Made by a program: the position numbers and the translations under genes. This document shows positions 1 through 10,478 of a stretch of 64,000 nt of DNA, in pieces. The stretch covers positions 3,392,001-3,456,000 of the forward strand of contig OZ271918.1 in NCBI GenBank assembly GCA_965602015.1, given 5' to 3'. This DNA is from Salinispira sp. Its GTDB lineage: Bacteria; Spirochaetota; Spirochaetia; DSM-27196; Salinispiraceae. The number at the start of each line of letters is the position of its first letter. Position 1 is the stretch's first letter. A model generated the notes under the pieces. The model was given only the letters and a program-made list of their open reading frames with translations, ran no database searches and had not been told where the DNA came from.

Positions 1-844
1 TGACCGATGAAATACCCGGATTCTGAAGTATCCATGCCAGGGCGAGCTGGGCGATTGAGATGTCATAACCCTCGGCAATCTCCGCCAGTTTGTCCACCCG
101 GGCCAAAAGCTCGGTGTCGTTAATCTGATCGCGCATAAAGACATTCAATTTCTCGTCGGCGCCCCGGCTTCCCGGGGGAATCTTTCCTTTGGAGTACTTG
201 CCGGTGAGAACACCCTGGGCGAGAGGTGAGAAATTCGCCGTACCAATGCCGAGTTTCGTGCAGGTCGGGAGTATGGTGTGTTCGATGTTCCGGTTGAGCA
301 GGCTGTAAATCGGTTGGTTGATTACCGGCAGATGCCAGCCCCGGTCCCGGCAAATCTGAACGGCCTCGTCGATTTGCTCCGCCTGCCACTCGCTGGTTCC
401 CCAATAGAGTACCTTCCCCTGCCTGATGCTGTCTTCAATCGCCTCCACGGTCTCCACCAGGGGCGTCTCCCCATCGAAGCGGTGGCAGTAAAAAATATCG
501 ACATACGTGAGGTTCAGCCGGTCGAGGCTGCCTTCAATAGAGTCGATGACGTGCTTTCGGCTGAGTCCCTTGTCGCAGGGATGGTCGGACATTGGCCAGA
601 ATGCTTTGGTGGCGACGACAAAATGCCGGCGGTTGTAGTGCGGGAGGATTTGACCCAGAAGCTTTTCCGCCTCTCCCCGGGCGTATACATCGGCGGTATC
701 AATATAGTTCACCCCCAGGGCAAAGGCTTTTTTTATTATGTCCTTTGCGTTATCAAGCTCGATCTGGTTGGCGAAGGTGAGCCACGATCCATAGGCTATT
801 TCGCTTACCTTTAATCCGGACGCTCCGACTCGTCGATATTGCAT
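1..844 (-). CDS. Aldo/keto reductase (Kv-beta-like), 3' end runs off window
   Basis: Manual minus-strand translation from ATG at 844: MQYRRVGASGLKVSEIAYGSWLTF...IDTADVY...VATK...YCHRFD...NQPIYSLL...SPLAQGVLTGKY; AKR motifs. Absent from the ORF track because it is open at the edge. Confidence 0.9.
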   Translation of the reverse strand, partial: MQYRRVGASGLKVSEIAYGSWLTFANQIELDNAKDIIKKAFALGVNYIDTADVYARGEAEKLLGQILPHYNRRHFVVATKAFWPMSDHPCDKGLSRKHVIDSIEGSLDRLNLTYVDIFYCHRFDGETPLVETVEAIEDSIRQGKVLYWGTSEWQAEQIDEAVQICRDRGWHLPVINQPIYSLLNRNIEHTILPTCTKLGIGTANFSPLAQGVLTGKYSKGKIPPGSRGADEKLNVFMRDQINDTELLARVDKLAEIAEGYDISIAQLALAWILQNPGISSV

Positions 845-938
845 GTTGTCCCCCTTAGATCCAGTGTAGCCGATAAGCCTCGATTTGGCGAATTCGCCGG
901 GATGCTGCTCATTTTCCTCCGTGATATACTACTGACCA

Positions 939-1625
939 ATGAAAGAAACCCGTCTGTTCGACCCGTTGCGCGACTATCTCCAGGGGCAGGGCTATTCGGT
1001 TTACAGCGAAGTCAAGAACTGCGATCTGGTTGCGCAAAAAGATGAGGAAACCATCATTGTAGAAATCAAGGTGCAGCTCAGCCTCCGGTTGGTTCTTCAG
1101 GGGGTGCAGAGACAGGAGTTGTATCCCAATGTTTATCTCGCCGTGCCCATAAACGGCGGAAAAAAGTATCCGGCAAACTACGCTTCGGTAAAGCGGCTCC
1201 TGCGGCGCCTCGGTATGGGCCTCATTTTTGTGCGCTTCCTCAAAACAAAGACCAGGGTAGAAGTTGTTCTCCATCCCGACGAACCGGTGAAATTCAGCCG
1301 TCCGCGGTCAAGGAGGATGATAATCAGCGAGATAAACGGCCGATACGCCGAGTTCAACCGGTCGGGAGAACCGTCGAGCACCGAGAAGCTCACGGCCTAT
1401 AAACAGCAGGCCATCGCCGTCGCCCATTTTTTATACTCCCGTGAAAAGGCGAGCCCTGCTCAAATGCGAGCCGCGGGCTTGCCGTCCAAATGCCAGCAGA
1501 TACTGTCGAGTAATTTTTACGGGTGGTTTGACCGGGTCGATCGGGGGGTGTATCGCCTCAATAATGCCGGCCGGCAGGCTCTCGACGGGTATGAGCCCCA
1601 TATCCAGGCCATGGGCCTGGAGTAA
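939..1625 (+). CDS. DUF2161-like putative PD-(D/E)XK protein
   Basis: GY.V..EV..CD.VA...IVE.K pattern and C-terminal N.YGWF.RV.RGVY.L. Confidence 0.75.
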   Translation: MKETRLFDPLRDYLQGQGYSVYSEVKNCDLVAQKDEETIIVEIKVQLSLRLVLQGVQRQELYPNVYLAVPINGGKKYPANYASVKRLLRRLGMGLIFVRFLKTKTRVEVVLHPDEPVKFSRPRSRRMIISEINGRYAEFNRSGEPSSTEKLTAYKQQAIAVAHFLYSREKASPAQMRAAGLPSKCQQILSSNFYGWFDRVDRGVYRLNNAGRQALDGYEPHIQAMGLE

Positions 1626-1673
1626 AGGCAGTCGGCCCTCCGGCTGTTATTGACTCTCGCATGATCACGCCGA

Positions 1674-4600
1674 CTAATAGCGCCAGATAATCAACGCCCC
1701 GGACTGGAGAAGAAACCCCTGTTCCTGCAGAACTTCGGATAACCGGTGTTCAGCAGCGGGCGCGCCGTCGATCAGCTCTATTCGCGCTGAGTTTTTGCCC
1801 CGCTCGGGGTGGATGAGCACCTCCCGGTAAAAGCCGGCCAGAATTTCGCAGAGCTGCTTTTCGGCGACCGCGGGGGCCTTACCGTCGTTCTCTTCTGGTT
1901 GTTTGGCGAATACGATATCCGCGCCCCGGCGCCCGACGGCGATCGCAAGGTGGGCCCGTCCGTTGGAGCTGATAAATATTCCGTAACTGCCGCTTCCCCG
2001 GCGCAGGGGGAAGCCCGGGAGTACCCAGGCGGGATCATAACTGTTGAGCCAGAACCAGGCGGGGGCATTGGGGCGGGCGGGCCGGCTGCCCGGGTCTCCC
2101 GACAGGAGTTCCGGAAGGCAAAACTGGAGTCCCGGAAGTTCAGGGCAAATTTTCCCGCCGATCAGTTCCCCCGAGAGTTCGAGATTCCGGAGCACCGGAA
2201 GCAGGTCCTTCCACAAAAAACTCTTCGATTCGGCGCCGAGATTCTCCCGAGAAACAATGCTCCGGCGTTGCAGAACCTGAAAAATACGGTACTGTGCGTC
2301 TGCGAGAACCTCGCCGGGGTCAGGTTCGGTATCCGAATCATCGGCGGAATAGGACAGGGGGATGTATACCCGTCCGGGAAGCCTGCTATGAGCCGGCCCC
2401 GGCGCCTGCCTTCGCCGCCGCTTGAGATGATGAAAACTCGGCGGTCTATCAGGTTTTCTCGTCGGCGCACCGTGGAACTCCTGCTTTGCTAATCCCCGCT
2501 CGGGTAATCCGGCATGTGGTAATCCAGATTCGGGTAATCCAGACTCGGGTAATCGAGACTCGGGTAATCCGGGCTGAGTCAGCGGGGCCTCGGGTATTTC
2601 CGGACCCCGGGATTCATTGCTTCGGTTCTTTGCTTCGGTATGTAACATTCCAAGGGCGAAGTAGCGCTCCAGTGCCGCCGGCGAATCGCAGCACAGCAGG
2701 CCCTTGCGGAGCGCCGAGCCGATTTTTGTCCGCAGCTCGGCGGACGGCCAGCCGAGCTTTATGCGAAGTTCTTCGATGCCGAATCTTCCGCCTTTGTATA
2801 GCAGGGAGACAAGCGCGGCCTCGCCGTCGTCCGGATGTACCGCATCTTCCTCCGGAGGTCCATACAATGAAGCATCGCTTTCGTGGGCAATAAATGCGGC
2901 GCCGCTTCCGTCCCCTGTCCAGAAAAATCCGCCGTTGATAAATGCGCTTTCGAGGGATGCGGGAGCCCCGGGGCCCAGCCTGGTGAGCAGTATGTCCCTG
3001 GCAAGGGTCTCCGGTCGGCAGCTAAACCCCGAAAGGGCATCAAGAACGGCTTCGGTTCGCTCTGCCGGGCCTGCGTCTCCCGCTGCCCGATGCCCGGCCA
3101 TTGCTCCCGCCTCCTCCGTTGGAGATGATATGGGATTTTGAACGATCGCGTTTTTAACCGCGCAGGCGAACTGTAGTTCGCCTGCTGAAATGCTTCCCCC
3201 CCGGCTGCGCTTCCATCGGCGGGTTATGCGGATGAGCCGCTCGAGAATTACAGGGGAAATCAGCCTGTCCTGCCATTCCAGAAGCTGCTCGGCGGACAGC
3301 AGCCGTTCCACGGTCTCTTCTCCCCACAGCTCAGTCATTCGGCGCCGGTCAACGAAGGCCTGCCAATCCATCCATTCCATGACCAGGGAATCAAGATTCT
3401 CCCCTCCTTCCCCATGGCCCGCCGACTGATAATCATGTATGAGGTCGCGGTGGAGCGACAGCTCTCCCCGCTTATCCGCCGCGGGGCTGCGGACGTGAAA
3501 GTCTTCAAGGGCGGCGCTTAACAGTCCCTCTGCATCGTCTGTGAGGGCGATCAGCTCCTCACGTTCCTCGTTGGTGAGAATCCGGCGGTCGTTGACGTAA
3601 AAGCGGAAATCTTCTTCATCCTCGGGACGGTATTCGTGGTATAAGCGCCGCCGCTTGAGCAGATAATCCCGCTGTACCTCCTCGGGAATTTCCGGCATAG
3701 GGTAGCTGCCCCCCAAGAGGTCTTTTAACATGTCGCGACCGGCGGTTTTTCCGCTAATGGATTCCAGGGAATCATCGGCATAGAGGTATTCGTTGTTTAA
3801 ATCCCACATGAGGTCGGAGGCGAAGGGGCTCGGTTTTGTGCTTTCGATGACAGACAGCGAAATTGCGTCGTCGCGGATGTCTCCCAGGTAGTCCTTTAGG
3901 TCATCGATGGCGAAGTCATCCTCCAGCAATTCGCGCCAGGTTTCCCTGATGATTGGAAAATCCGGATAATCGGATACTGCTTCCAGCAGTTGTTTACTCC
4001 GCATCCGCTGAACCCACAGGGGCGTGCGGGCGTTGAAACCCCGGCGAACCACCAGCAGGGAACGTCCGGAATTCGCCCGGAAACGGGCTCCGAAAATCCC
4101 GCTGCCAAGGAGCTGGGCCCACAGGAGCTGGGGAACCTCTCCGGGAAGGATTCCCTCAAGTAAATCCCGGGGTGTAAAATCCGCCGCCTGGTCCAGGGGA
4201 ATGGAACAGACCACCGCCTCATCGGTGAAATAGGACTGAAGGGCGGTGCCCCGGGAGCGGACGTGGAGTTCCCGGAGGCAGTACATCAGCGGGGCGTTGA
4301 CGCTAATTCCCCAGCCGCTGTGAATGATGCAATGGGCCATGTCGGGGGTGAGGCTTGGATCATACAACATTTCGACGAGCAGATGATCCGAGCCAGGCAA
4401 AGGCGCTCCACTGGTTTCCTTTTGCCCGAGCACCCATTCGGTCAGGGCCTTCCAGGCTTCATTCTCGATGGTTCCGGGAGGGAGCTGCCCGCGGACCGCC
4501 TCGGGGTCCGCATCGAGATCGCTGTACAGCCTGTTGAGAGCCCGGGATGTCCATGGGTCGGAGCCCAGGTTGTCGGCCTTCCAGAACGGGGCGATCATGG

Positions 4601-6248
4601 CGCTCCTCGAGCTCGCCGTCACCCGCACCTGCTGATTATCCATTTCAACGATTTGCCAGACCCGGTTTCCCAGACTAAAGCGGTCTCCCAGGCTGCGCTC
4701 AAAGACGAATTCCTCGTCGAGCTCCCCGATTTTCTCTCCGCTTCCCTGTATCCGCAGGTCAAAATATCCCCTGTCGGGAATGGTTCCGCCGCCCTGATAA
4801 ATAAGCATGCGGAGCCCCTCCCGTCCTTCGATGGCATCGCCGTCGCGGATAATCCGTTGACCAAGGTCGGCCATGCGGGTGTTCTGATACTTTCCGGCGA
4901 GCATTTCCAGGATCGATTCGAAATGGGTCCTCTCCAAATCAGCAAAGCTGTAGCTACGCCGGAACATGCTGTAGAGCTCTTCGGCGCTGCCCCGGCGCCC
5001 CGCGCACTCTGAGACGATGACCTGGGCGATGATGTCCTGACTGTTGCGGGGAATGCGGATCTCCTCCATATTCCCCAGAAGGATTTCCCGGATGAGGGCG
5101 AGGGATTTGGCAATGTCCCGGGGATGAAGGGGGGCGAAAACCGCTTTCGAAATCTGTCCGACCTGATGGTTAGCCCGTCCCACCCGCTGAATGGCCGAAG
5201 AAATGGAGAACGGCGCCTGGAGAATTACGACGTTGTCTATGCTACCCACGTCGATGCCCAATTCCAGGCTTGAGGTTGCGCACACCGCCCTCAGCCTACC
5301 GTCCTTGAGCTCCTGCTCTATCCAGTACCGGTATTCCCTGCTCAGAGACCCGTGATGGGCGAAAACCTGCTGCTGTCCGAGATACTCGTTGAGAAGATAG
5401 CTCGCTTTCTCGGCGCTTCTTCGACTGTTGCAGAATATGAGGCTGCTGCGGTGGCTTCGGATTTCCTCGGCGATGAGGGGTATTTGCCGGTCCCACCAGC
5501 CCTCACCGCGTTTTTCCCCCAGTTTGATCGCCAGGGAGTAGCCCCGGGAACGGATGTCCCGGATGATGCTGACCGGCCGGGCAGCCCCTTCGCTGTCACT
5601 TCCTCCCAAAAAGGCGGCGACCCGTTCTATGGGTTTGATTGTGGCGGATATTCCAATACGGTGTAGACCCCTCTCAGCGCCGTCGGCAGAGCGGAGACTT
5701 TCTAGGCGCTCGATGTTTACCATTAGCAGGGAACCCCGTTTGGAACCGGCGACCACATGTATCTCGTCGAGGATCACCGTAGAAATATCGGTCAGATTCT
5801 TCCGGCCGCTATCCGAAGTGAGCATGATGTTGAGGCTTTCGGGGGTGGTGATAAAAATATCCGGGGGGTGGCGGAGAATCCGGTTCCGATCGGTAGAACT
5901 GCTGTCGCCGCTTCGCACGGCCACCCTGACTTCCCGAGCGCCCTCGCCTGCCTGTTCACGGATTTCCGCCAGGGGGGTCATGAGGTTTTTTTGAATGTCG
6001 TTGTTGAGAGCCTTGAGCGGGGAGATATAAAGAATCCGTCCGGTCGAGCTGCCGTCGATAAACCCGTTGACCGCCCACAGGAAGGCAGCCAGCGTTTTTC
6101 CGCTTCCCGTCGGTGCGCAGATAAGGCAATGGGAACCGCCGGATATGGCCTTCCAGGATGCCCGCTGGATATCAGTGGCATCGGCGAAGCGGGCATCAAA
6201 CCATTGCTGTACCAGAGGATTAAATTTGGGTAGAATCTCGGAATCCAT
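1674..6248 (-). CDS. lhr: Lhr-like DEAD/DEAH-box ATP-dependent helicase
   Basis: APTGSGKT, YISPLKAL, TTPESL, DEIH, SAT, HHGSLS, ATSSLELGID, QRVGRA; 1524 aa. Confidence 0.9.
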   Translation of the reverse strand: MDSEILPKFNPLVQQWFDARFADATDIQRASWKAISGGSHCLICAPTGSGKTLAAFLWAVNGFIDGSSTGRILYISPLKALNNDIQKNLMTPLAEIREQAGEGAREVRVAVRSGDSSSTDRNRILRHPPDIFITTPESLNIMLTSDSGRKNLTDISTVILDEIHVVAGSKRGSLLMVNIERLESLRSADGAERGLHRIGISATIKPIERVAAFLGGSDSEGAARPVSIIRDIRSRGYSLAIKLGEKRGEGWWDRQIPLIAEEIRSHRSSLIFCNSRRSAEKASYLLNEYLGQQQVFAHHGSLSREYRYWIEQELKDGRLRAVCATSSLELGIDVGSIDNVVILQAPFSISSAIQRVGRANHQVGQISKAVFAPLHPRDIAKSLALIREILLGNMEEIRIPRNSQDIIAQVIVSECAGRRGSAEELYSMFRRSYSFADLERTHFESILEMLAGKYQNTRMADLGQRIIRDGDAIEGREGLRMLIYQGGGTIPDRGYFDLRIQGSGEKIGELDEEFVFERSLGDRFSLGNRVWQIVEMDNQQVRVTASSRSAMIAPFWKADNLGSDPWTSRALNRLYSDLDADPEAVRGQLPPGTIENEAWKALTEWVLGQKETSGAPLPGSDHLLVEMLYDPSLTPDMAHCIIHSGWGISVNAPLMYCLRELHVRSRGTALQSYFTDEAVVCSIPLDQAADFTPRDLLEGILPGEVPQLLWAQLLGSGIFGARFRANSGRSLLVVRRGFNARTPLWVQRMRSKQLLEAVSDYPDFPIIRETWRELLEDDFAIDDLKDYLGDIRDDAISLSVIESTKPSPFASDLMWDLNNEYLYADDSLESISGKTAGRDMLKDLLGGSYPMPEIPEEVQRDYLLKRRRLYHEYRPEDEEDFRFYVNDRRILTNEEREELIALTDDAEGLLSAALEDFHVRSPAADKRGELSLHRDLIHDYQSAGHGEGGENLDSLVMEWMDWQAFVDRRRMTELWGEETVERLLSAEQLLEWQDRLISPVILERLIRITRRWKRSRGGSISAGELQFACAVKNAIVQNPISSPTEEAGAMAGHRAAGDAGPAERTEAVLDALSGFSCRPETLARDILLTRLGPGAPASLESAFINGGFFWTGDGSGAAFIAHESDASLYGPPEEDAVHPDDGEAALVSLLYKGGRFGIEELRIKLGWPSAELRTKIGSALRKGLLCCDSPAALERYFALGMLHTEAKNRSNESRGPEIPEAPLTQPGLPESRLPESGLPESGLPHAGLPERGLAKQEFHGAPTRKPDRPPSFHHLKRRRRQAPGPAHSRLPGRVYIPLSYSADDSDTEPDPGEVLADAQYRIFQVLQRRSIVSRENLGAESKSFLWKDLLPVLRNLELSGELIGGKICPELPGLQFCLPELLSGDPGSRPARPNAPAWFWLNSYDPAWVLPGFPLRRGSGSYGIFISSNGRAHLAIAVGRRGADIVFAKQPEENDGKAPAVAEKQLCEILAGFYREVLIHPERGKNSARIELIDGAPAAEHRLSEVLQEQGFLLQSGALIIWRY
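2497..2573 (-). repeat. Imperfect 15-bp tandem repeat in lhr (GLPES-like pentapeptide, about 5 copies)
   Basis: cgggtaatcc(a/g)ga(c/t)t-like units; protein GLPESRLPESGLPESGLPHAGLPERGL. Confidence 0.8.
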
Positions 6249-6377
6249 GCAGCACCAGTCCTTTTTTCCAGCATGGTCGGCTCATATGCGCCAGTCAAGA
6301 GCGCGGAGGCGATTTCACAGCAGGATTCCTCCGCCACAGATCCGGTGAGTCCTGGTCTTTATCACTATGGAGAAAAA

Positions 6378-6728
6378 ATGAACATTCAGATATTCGGCAG
6401 TAAAAAATGCAAAATCACAAAGAAGGCCGAGAGATGGTTTTCCGAACGGGGGATTTCCTATCAATTGGTGGATCTATTACAGAAAGCCATGAGCCCAAGG
6501 GAACTGGATTCGGTTCTCCGCTTTGTCAGCCCGGAAGAGCTTATCGACGAGAACTCGCCGGCGTACAAAAACCGCGGTCTGGCGTGGATGGATTTTGACA
6601 TTCGGGAAGAGCTGCTCGAACATCCGGAACTCATCCGGACTCCGGTTGTGCGGAACGGCAGCCTGGATGCCAGCGTCGGTCAGAATGAAGAAAAATGGAA
6701 GCGTTGGTACGCGGAGTCCAGGGCATGA
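6378..6728 (+). CDS. ArsC/Spx-family thioredoxin-fold protein
   Basis: MNIQIFGSKKC..TKKAERWF...LIRTPVVRNG; GGAG upstream of ATG 6378. Confidence 0.85.
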   Translation: MNIQIFGSKKCKITKKAERWFSERGISYQLVDLLQKAMSPRELDSVLRFVSPEELIDENSPAYKNRGLAWMDFDIREELLEHPELIRTPVVRNGSLDASVGQNEEKWKRWYAESRA

Positions 6729-7618
6729 ACGCAAAAACCCTGGCTGCCCTTTTGGTTACCATGACCTTTTGGGGCTCTTCCTTCGTGGCGAGCAAGTTCA
6801 TTCTGGAAATCTGGCCGCCCTGGGCGTTTATGTTCCTGCGCTTTTTTTTCGCATCCCTGGTCTTTCTCGTTTTGCTCATACGGAGAAAGAAGCTTTATAT
6901 TCCCCGGGATGTAATCTCCCGCCTTCTTCTCATTTCGCTTTTTGAGCCGGCGCTGTATTTTGTATTCGAAACCCTCGGCCTTCAGCGGACGACGGCGGCG
7001 AGTTCGTCCATTATCATCGCCGCCATTCCCGCAGTGGTCGCCCTCTTTTCGGCACTATTTCTGAAAGAACATCTCAGCGTCAAAGGCTGGGTCGGCACCC
7101 TGCTGTCGATTGCCGGCATCGCGATAATTACCCTGTTGGATTCAAACGCCGCCAGATCATCAAGCTCGCTGCTGGGAAACTTCTTCGTCGTCCTCGCGGT
7201 ATTTTCGGCGACGGGATACATCGTGTTGGCGAGAAGCATAGCCGGACGGATTTCCGCATTGCAGCTGACGGCCTACCAGTCATTTTTCGCGGCCCTGTTT
7301 TTCTCCCCGGGGATATTTTTGCAGGGATCCGCGCTGTTCGCCGCCTCCTATGATCCGTTCTTGATACCGGCATTTTTATTCATCGTCCTGGGAGCCACTG
7401 TTGCGGCATTCCTGGCATATAACTATGCCCTGAGTCAGATTCCCGCGCCAAAGGCGGCGGTATTTATCAACGGAATACCGGTGGTGACGGTAATCGTCGC
7501 ATGGGCCGTTCTCGGCGAAACGCTGAACATCTACCAAATCTTTGGAGGTGGGCTTGCGGTCGGCGGACTGATGCTGGCTAACCGCCGGGAAACCGCAAAA
7601 ATTAATCTCGAAGCGTAA
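6725..7618 (+). CDS. DMT/EamA-family transporter
   Basis: FWGSSF start motif, about 10 hydrophobic segments, two EamA repeats. Confidence 0.88.
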   Translation: MNAKTLAALLVTMTFWGSSFVASKFILEIWPPWAFMFLRFFFASLVFLVLLIRRKKLYIPRDVISRLLLISLFEPALYFVFETLGLQRTTAASSSIIIAAIPAVVALFSALFLKEHLSVKGWVGTLLSIAGIAIITLLDSNAARSSSSLLGNFFVVLAVFSATGYIVLARSIAGRISALQLTAYQSFFAALFFSPGIFLQGSALFAASYDPFLIPAFLFIVLGATVAAFLAYNYALSQIPAPKAAVFINGIPVVTVIVAWAVLGETLNIYQIFGGGLAVGGLMLANRRETAKINLEA

Positions 7619-7744
7619 ACGATGTGCGCCGGTATTTTAGCGGCTATTTAAAATAAAAATTATGTAGTGATGGTATGAAAGCGGTGCCTCCCCCGAGATC
7701 CTGCCAGTCAGGGTCTATATTAAATACCGGAGGAGGACAACCAA

Positions 7745-8797
7745 ATGAGTAGTATTATTATATCCCTCGACAGCCATAAACGGTATACCGTGGCTGCAAT
7801 TGAGGACGAAAAAGGAAGGAAATCCTCACAGCGCATAGAACATTCTCACGGGTGTATTCGTGATTTCCTCCAACAATTTGAGCCGGGACAGGAAGTCGCA
7901 CTTGAAACGATCGGAAGTTGGTACTGGATCGTGGATGAGATTGAGGAGGCCGGCATGAACCCCTTGCTGGTTCATGCCGGTAAGTCAAAATTGATGATGG
8001 CCATGTTTAACAAAACTGACAAACTCGATGCTGAAGGTCTCAATAAACTTCAAAAAACAGGCACACTGCCTACTGTGTGGATTCCACCAGGAGAATTACG
8101 TGATAAACGAGAACTCTATCGAACCCGGATGCAGTTCGTTCAGGAGTTGATACGTGAAAAGAACCAAATTCATGCCGGGTTCGAGAAATATGGGTTTCGA
8201 TTCAATGATGTGAGCGATCTGTTCGGAAAAGCAGGTACAGAAGCCTTGAAGAAGGTAATGCCAAAACTCCCCGAGCATACCCGCACCATGATGAAACTCA
8301 AGCTCGATAATCTCGCGTTTATTAAGCAATCTATCACCGACTGCGAACAACGAATGCATGAAGCGTTTGATGAAAATGCTGAAATGAAGTTGGTGAAATC
8401 CATTCCCGGGATCGGATTTATTCTCAGCGCAGTCATTGTGCATGAAATTGGAGACATACATCGCTTTAAGACCGCTGAACATTTTGCATCATACTGTGGT
8501 ACAACGCCGCGCGTTCACTCGAGCGGAGGTAAAACTCATTATGGTCGAACATCGAAAGCATGTAATCGATACTTGAAGTGGGCACTTACTGAAGCAGCTA
8601 ATGTAACCTGTCTTAATCAAAGAAATTGGGCGAACCGACATACGGTAAAACTCTACAAGAGAGTTCGTACTAAACGAAATCATAAGGTTGCTATAATCTC
8701 TGTGGCACGGCACTTAGCAGAAGCAATATTTTGGATATTGCAGAAAGAACAGCATTACAAAGATCCTGCATTAGCGGGTTTGTCCAGACAGGGGTAA
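7745..8797 (+). CDS. IS110-family transposase/recombinase (DEDD + Tnp20)
   Basis: SLDSHK, ALET, KTDKLDA, SIPGIG, YCGTTP..HSSGG; GGAGGA RBS. Confidence 0.95.
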   Translation: MSSIIISLDSHKRYTVAAIEDEKGRKSSQRIEHSHGCIRDFLQQFEPGQEVALETIGSWYWIVDEIEEAGMNPLLVHAGKSKLMMAMFNKTDKLDAEGLNKLQKTGTLPTVWIPPGELRDKRELYRTRMQFVQELIREKNQIHAGFEKYGFRFNDVSDLFGKAGTEALKKVMPKLPEHTRTMMKLKLDNLAFIKQSITDCEQRMHEAFDENAEMKLVKSIPGIGFILSAVIVHEIGDIHRFKTAEHFASYCGTTPRVHSSGGKTHYGRTSKACNRYLKWALTEAANVTCLNQRNWANRHTVKLYKRVRTKRNHKVAIISVARHLAEAIFWILQKEQHYKDPALAGLSRQG

Positions 8798-8918
8798 GCG
8801 CGTTTTTGGGGCTACAGCGCGAATACGAGGCTGTGCAAAGTGATTGCGACACCCCTGGAAGGACATTTTCATGCCACGTGGATGGCGGAGATATGACTCG
8901 GACAAAACCGATTTGCAG
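8766..8918 (+). ncRNA. Predicted bridge/seek RNA of the IS1111-type element (copy 1)
   Basis: Nested stems and four guide-like segments matching the target and donor junctions (see findings); boundaries approximate. Confidence 0.7.
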
Positions 8919-8971
8919 AATTTTTGTAATAGAACATTGAAAACTCTTGCGGGGAGGCACCGCTTTCAGAT

Positions 8972-9178
8972 ATGGCATATAACTATGCCCTGAGTCAGAT
9001 TCCCGCGCCAAAGGCGGCGGTATTTATCAACGGAATACCGGTGGTGACGGTAATCGTCGCATGGGCCGTTCTCGGCGAAACGCTGAACATCTACCAAATC
9101 TTTGGAGGTGGGCTTGCGGTCGGCGGACTGATGCTGGCTAACCGCCGGGAAACCGCAAAAATTAATCTCGAAGCGTAA
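8972..9178 (+). pseudogene. Duplicated 3' fragment (68 codons) of the DMT gene
   Basis: Identical to the DMT C-terminus; the ATG is created by the IS-end junction. Confidence 0.85.
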
Positions 9179-9304
9179 ACGATGTGCGCCGGTATTTTAG
9201 CGGCTATTTAAAATAAAAATTATGTAGTGATGGTATGAAAGCGGTGCCTCCCCCGAGATCCTGCCAGTCAGGGTCTATATTAAATACCGGAGGAGGACAA
9301 CCAA

Positions 9305-10357
9305 ATGAGTAGTATTATTATATCCCTCGACAGCCATAAACGGTATACCGTGGCTGCAATTGAGGACGAAAAAGGAAGGAAATCCTCACAGCGCATAGAA
9401 CATTCTCACGGGTGTATTCGTGATTTCCTCCAACAATTTGAGCCGGGACAGGAAGTCGCACTTGAAACGATCGGAAGTTGGTACTGGATCGTGGATGAGA
9501 TTGAGGAGGCCGGCATGAACCCCTTGCTGGTTCATGCCGGTAAGTCAAAATTGATGATGGCCATGTTTAACAAAACTGACAAACTCGATGCTGAAGGTCT
9601 CAATAAACTTCAAAAAACAGGCACACTGCCTACTGTGTGGATTCCACCAGGAGAATTACGTGATAAACGAGAACTCTATCGAACCCGGATGCAGTTCGTT
9701 CAGGAGTTGATACGTGAAAAGAACCAAATTCATGCCGGGTTCGAGAAATATGGGTTTCGATTCAATGATGTGAGCGATCTGTTCGGAAAAGCAGGTACAG
9801 AAGCCTTGAAGAAGGTAATGCCAAAACTCCCCGAGCATACCCGCACCATGATGAAACTCAAGCTCGATAATCTCGCGTTTATTAAGCAATCTATCACCGA
9901 CTGCGAACAACGAATGCATGAAGCGTTTGATGAAAATGCTGAAATGAAGTTGGTGAAATCCATTCCCGGGATCGGATTTATTCTCAGCGCAGTCATTGTG
10001 CATGAAATTGGAGACATACATCGCTTTAAGACCGCTGAACATTTTGCATCATACTGTGGTACAACGCCGCGCGTTCACTCGAGCGGAGGTAAAACTCATT
10101 ATGGTCGAACATCGAAAGCATGTAATCGATACTTGAAGTGGGCACTTACTGAAGCAGCTAATGTAACCTGTCTTAATCAAAGAAATTGGGCGAACCGACA
10201 TACGGTAAAACTCTACAAGAGAGTTCGTACTAAACGAAATCATAAGGTTGCTATAATCTCTGTGGCACGGCACTTAGCAGAAGCAATATTTTGGATATTG
10301 CAGAAAGAACAGCATTACAAAGATCCTGCATTAGCGGGTTTGTCCAGACAGGGGTAA
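9305..10357 (+). CDS. IS110-family transposase/recombinase, copy 2
   Basis: Identical protein to 7745-8797. Confidence 0.95.
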   Translation: MSSIIISLDSHKRYTVAAIEDEKGRKSSQRIEHSHGCIRDFLQQFEPGQEVALETIGSWYWIVDEIEEAGMNPLLVHAGKSKLMMAMFNKTDKLDAEGLNKLQKTGTLPTVWIPPGELRDKRELYRTRMQFVQELIREKNQIHAGFEKYGFRFNDVSDLFGKAGTEALKKVMPKLPEHTRTMMKLKLDNLAFIKQSITDCEQRMHEAFDENAEMKLVKSIPGIGFILSAVIVHEIGDIHRFKTAEHFASYCGTTPRVHSSGGKTHYGRTSKACNRYLKWALTEAANVTCLNQRNWANRHTVKLYKRVRTKRNHKVAIISVARHLAEAIFWILQKEQHYKDPALAGLSRQG

Positions 10358-10478
10358 GCGCGTTTTTGGGGCTACAGCGCGAATACGAGGCTGTGCAAAG
10401 TGATTGCGACACCCCTGGAAGGACATTTTCATGCCACGTGGATGGCGGAGATATGACTCGGACAAAACCGATTTGCAG
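10326..10478 (+). ncRNA. Predicted bridge/seek RNA (copy 2)
   Basis: Identical to 8766-8918. Confidence 0.7.

Larger units (their letters stand above)
7668..8972 (+). mobile_element. IS110-family (IS1111 group) element, copy 1
   Basis: Perfect 18-bp sub-terminal IRs TGAAAGCGGTGCCTCCCC (7676-7693) / GGGGAGGCACCGCTTTCA (8951-8968); TG core at both junctions; long non-coding region 3' of the transposase. Confidence 0.92.

Noticed and set aside
278..814. 178-aa plus-strand ORF
   Set aside because: Antisense shadow of the aldo/keto reductase on the minus strand.
7668..8974. Conventional target-site duplication for the IS110 element
   Set aside because: Only the 2-bp TG core is shared, as expected for IS110-type recombination; the 255-bp repeat is a captured flank, not a TSD.
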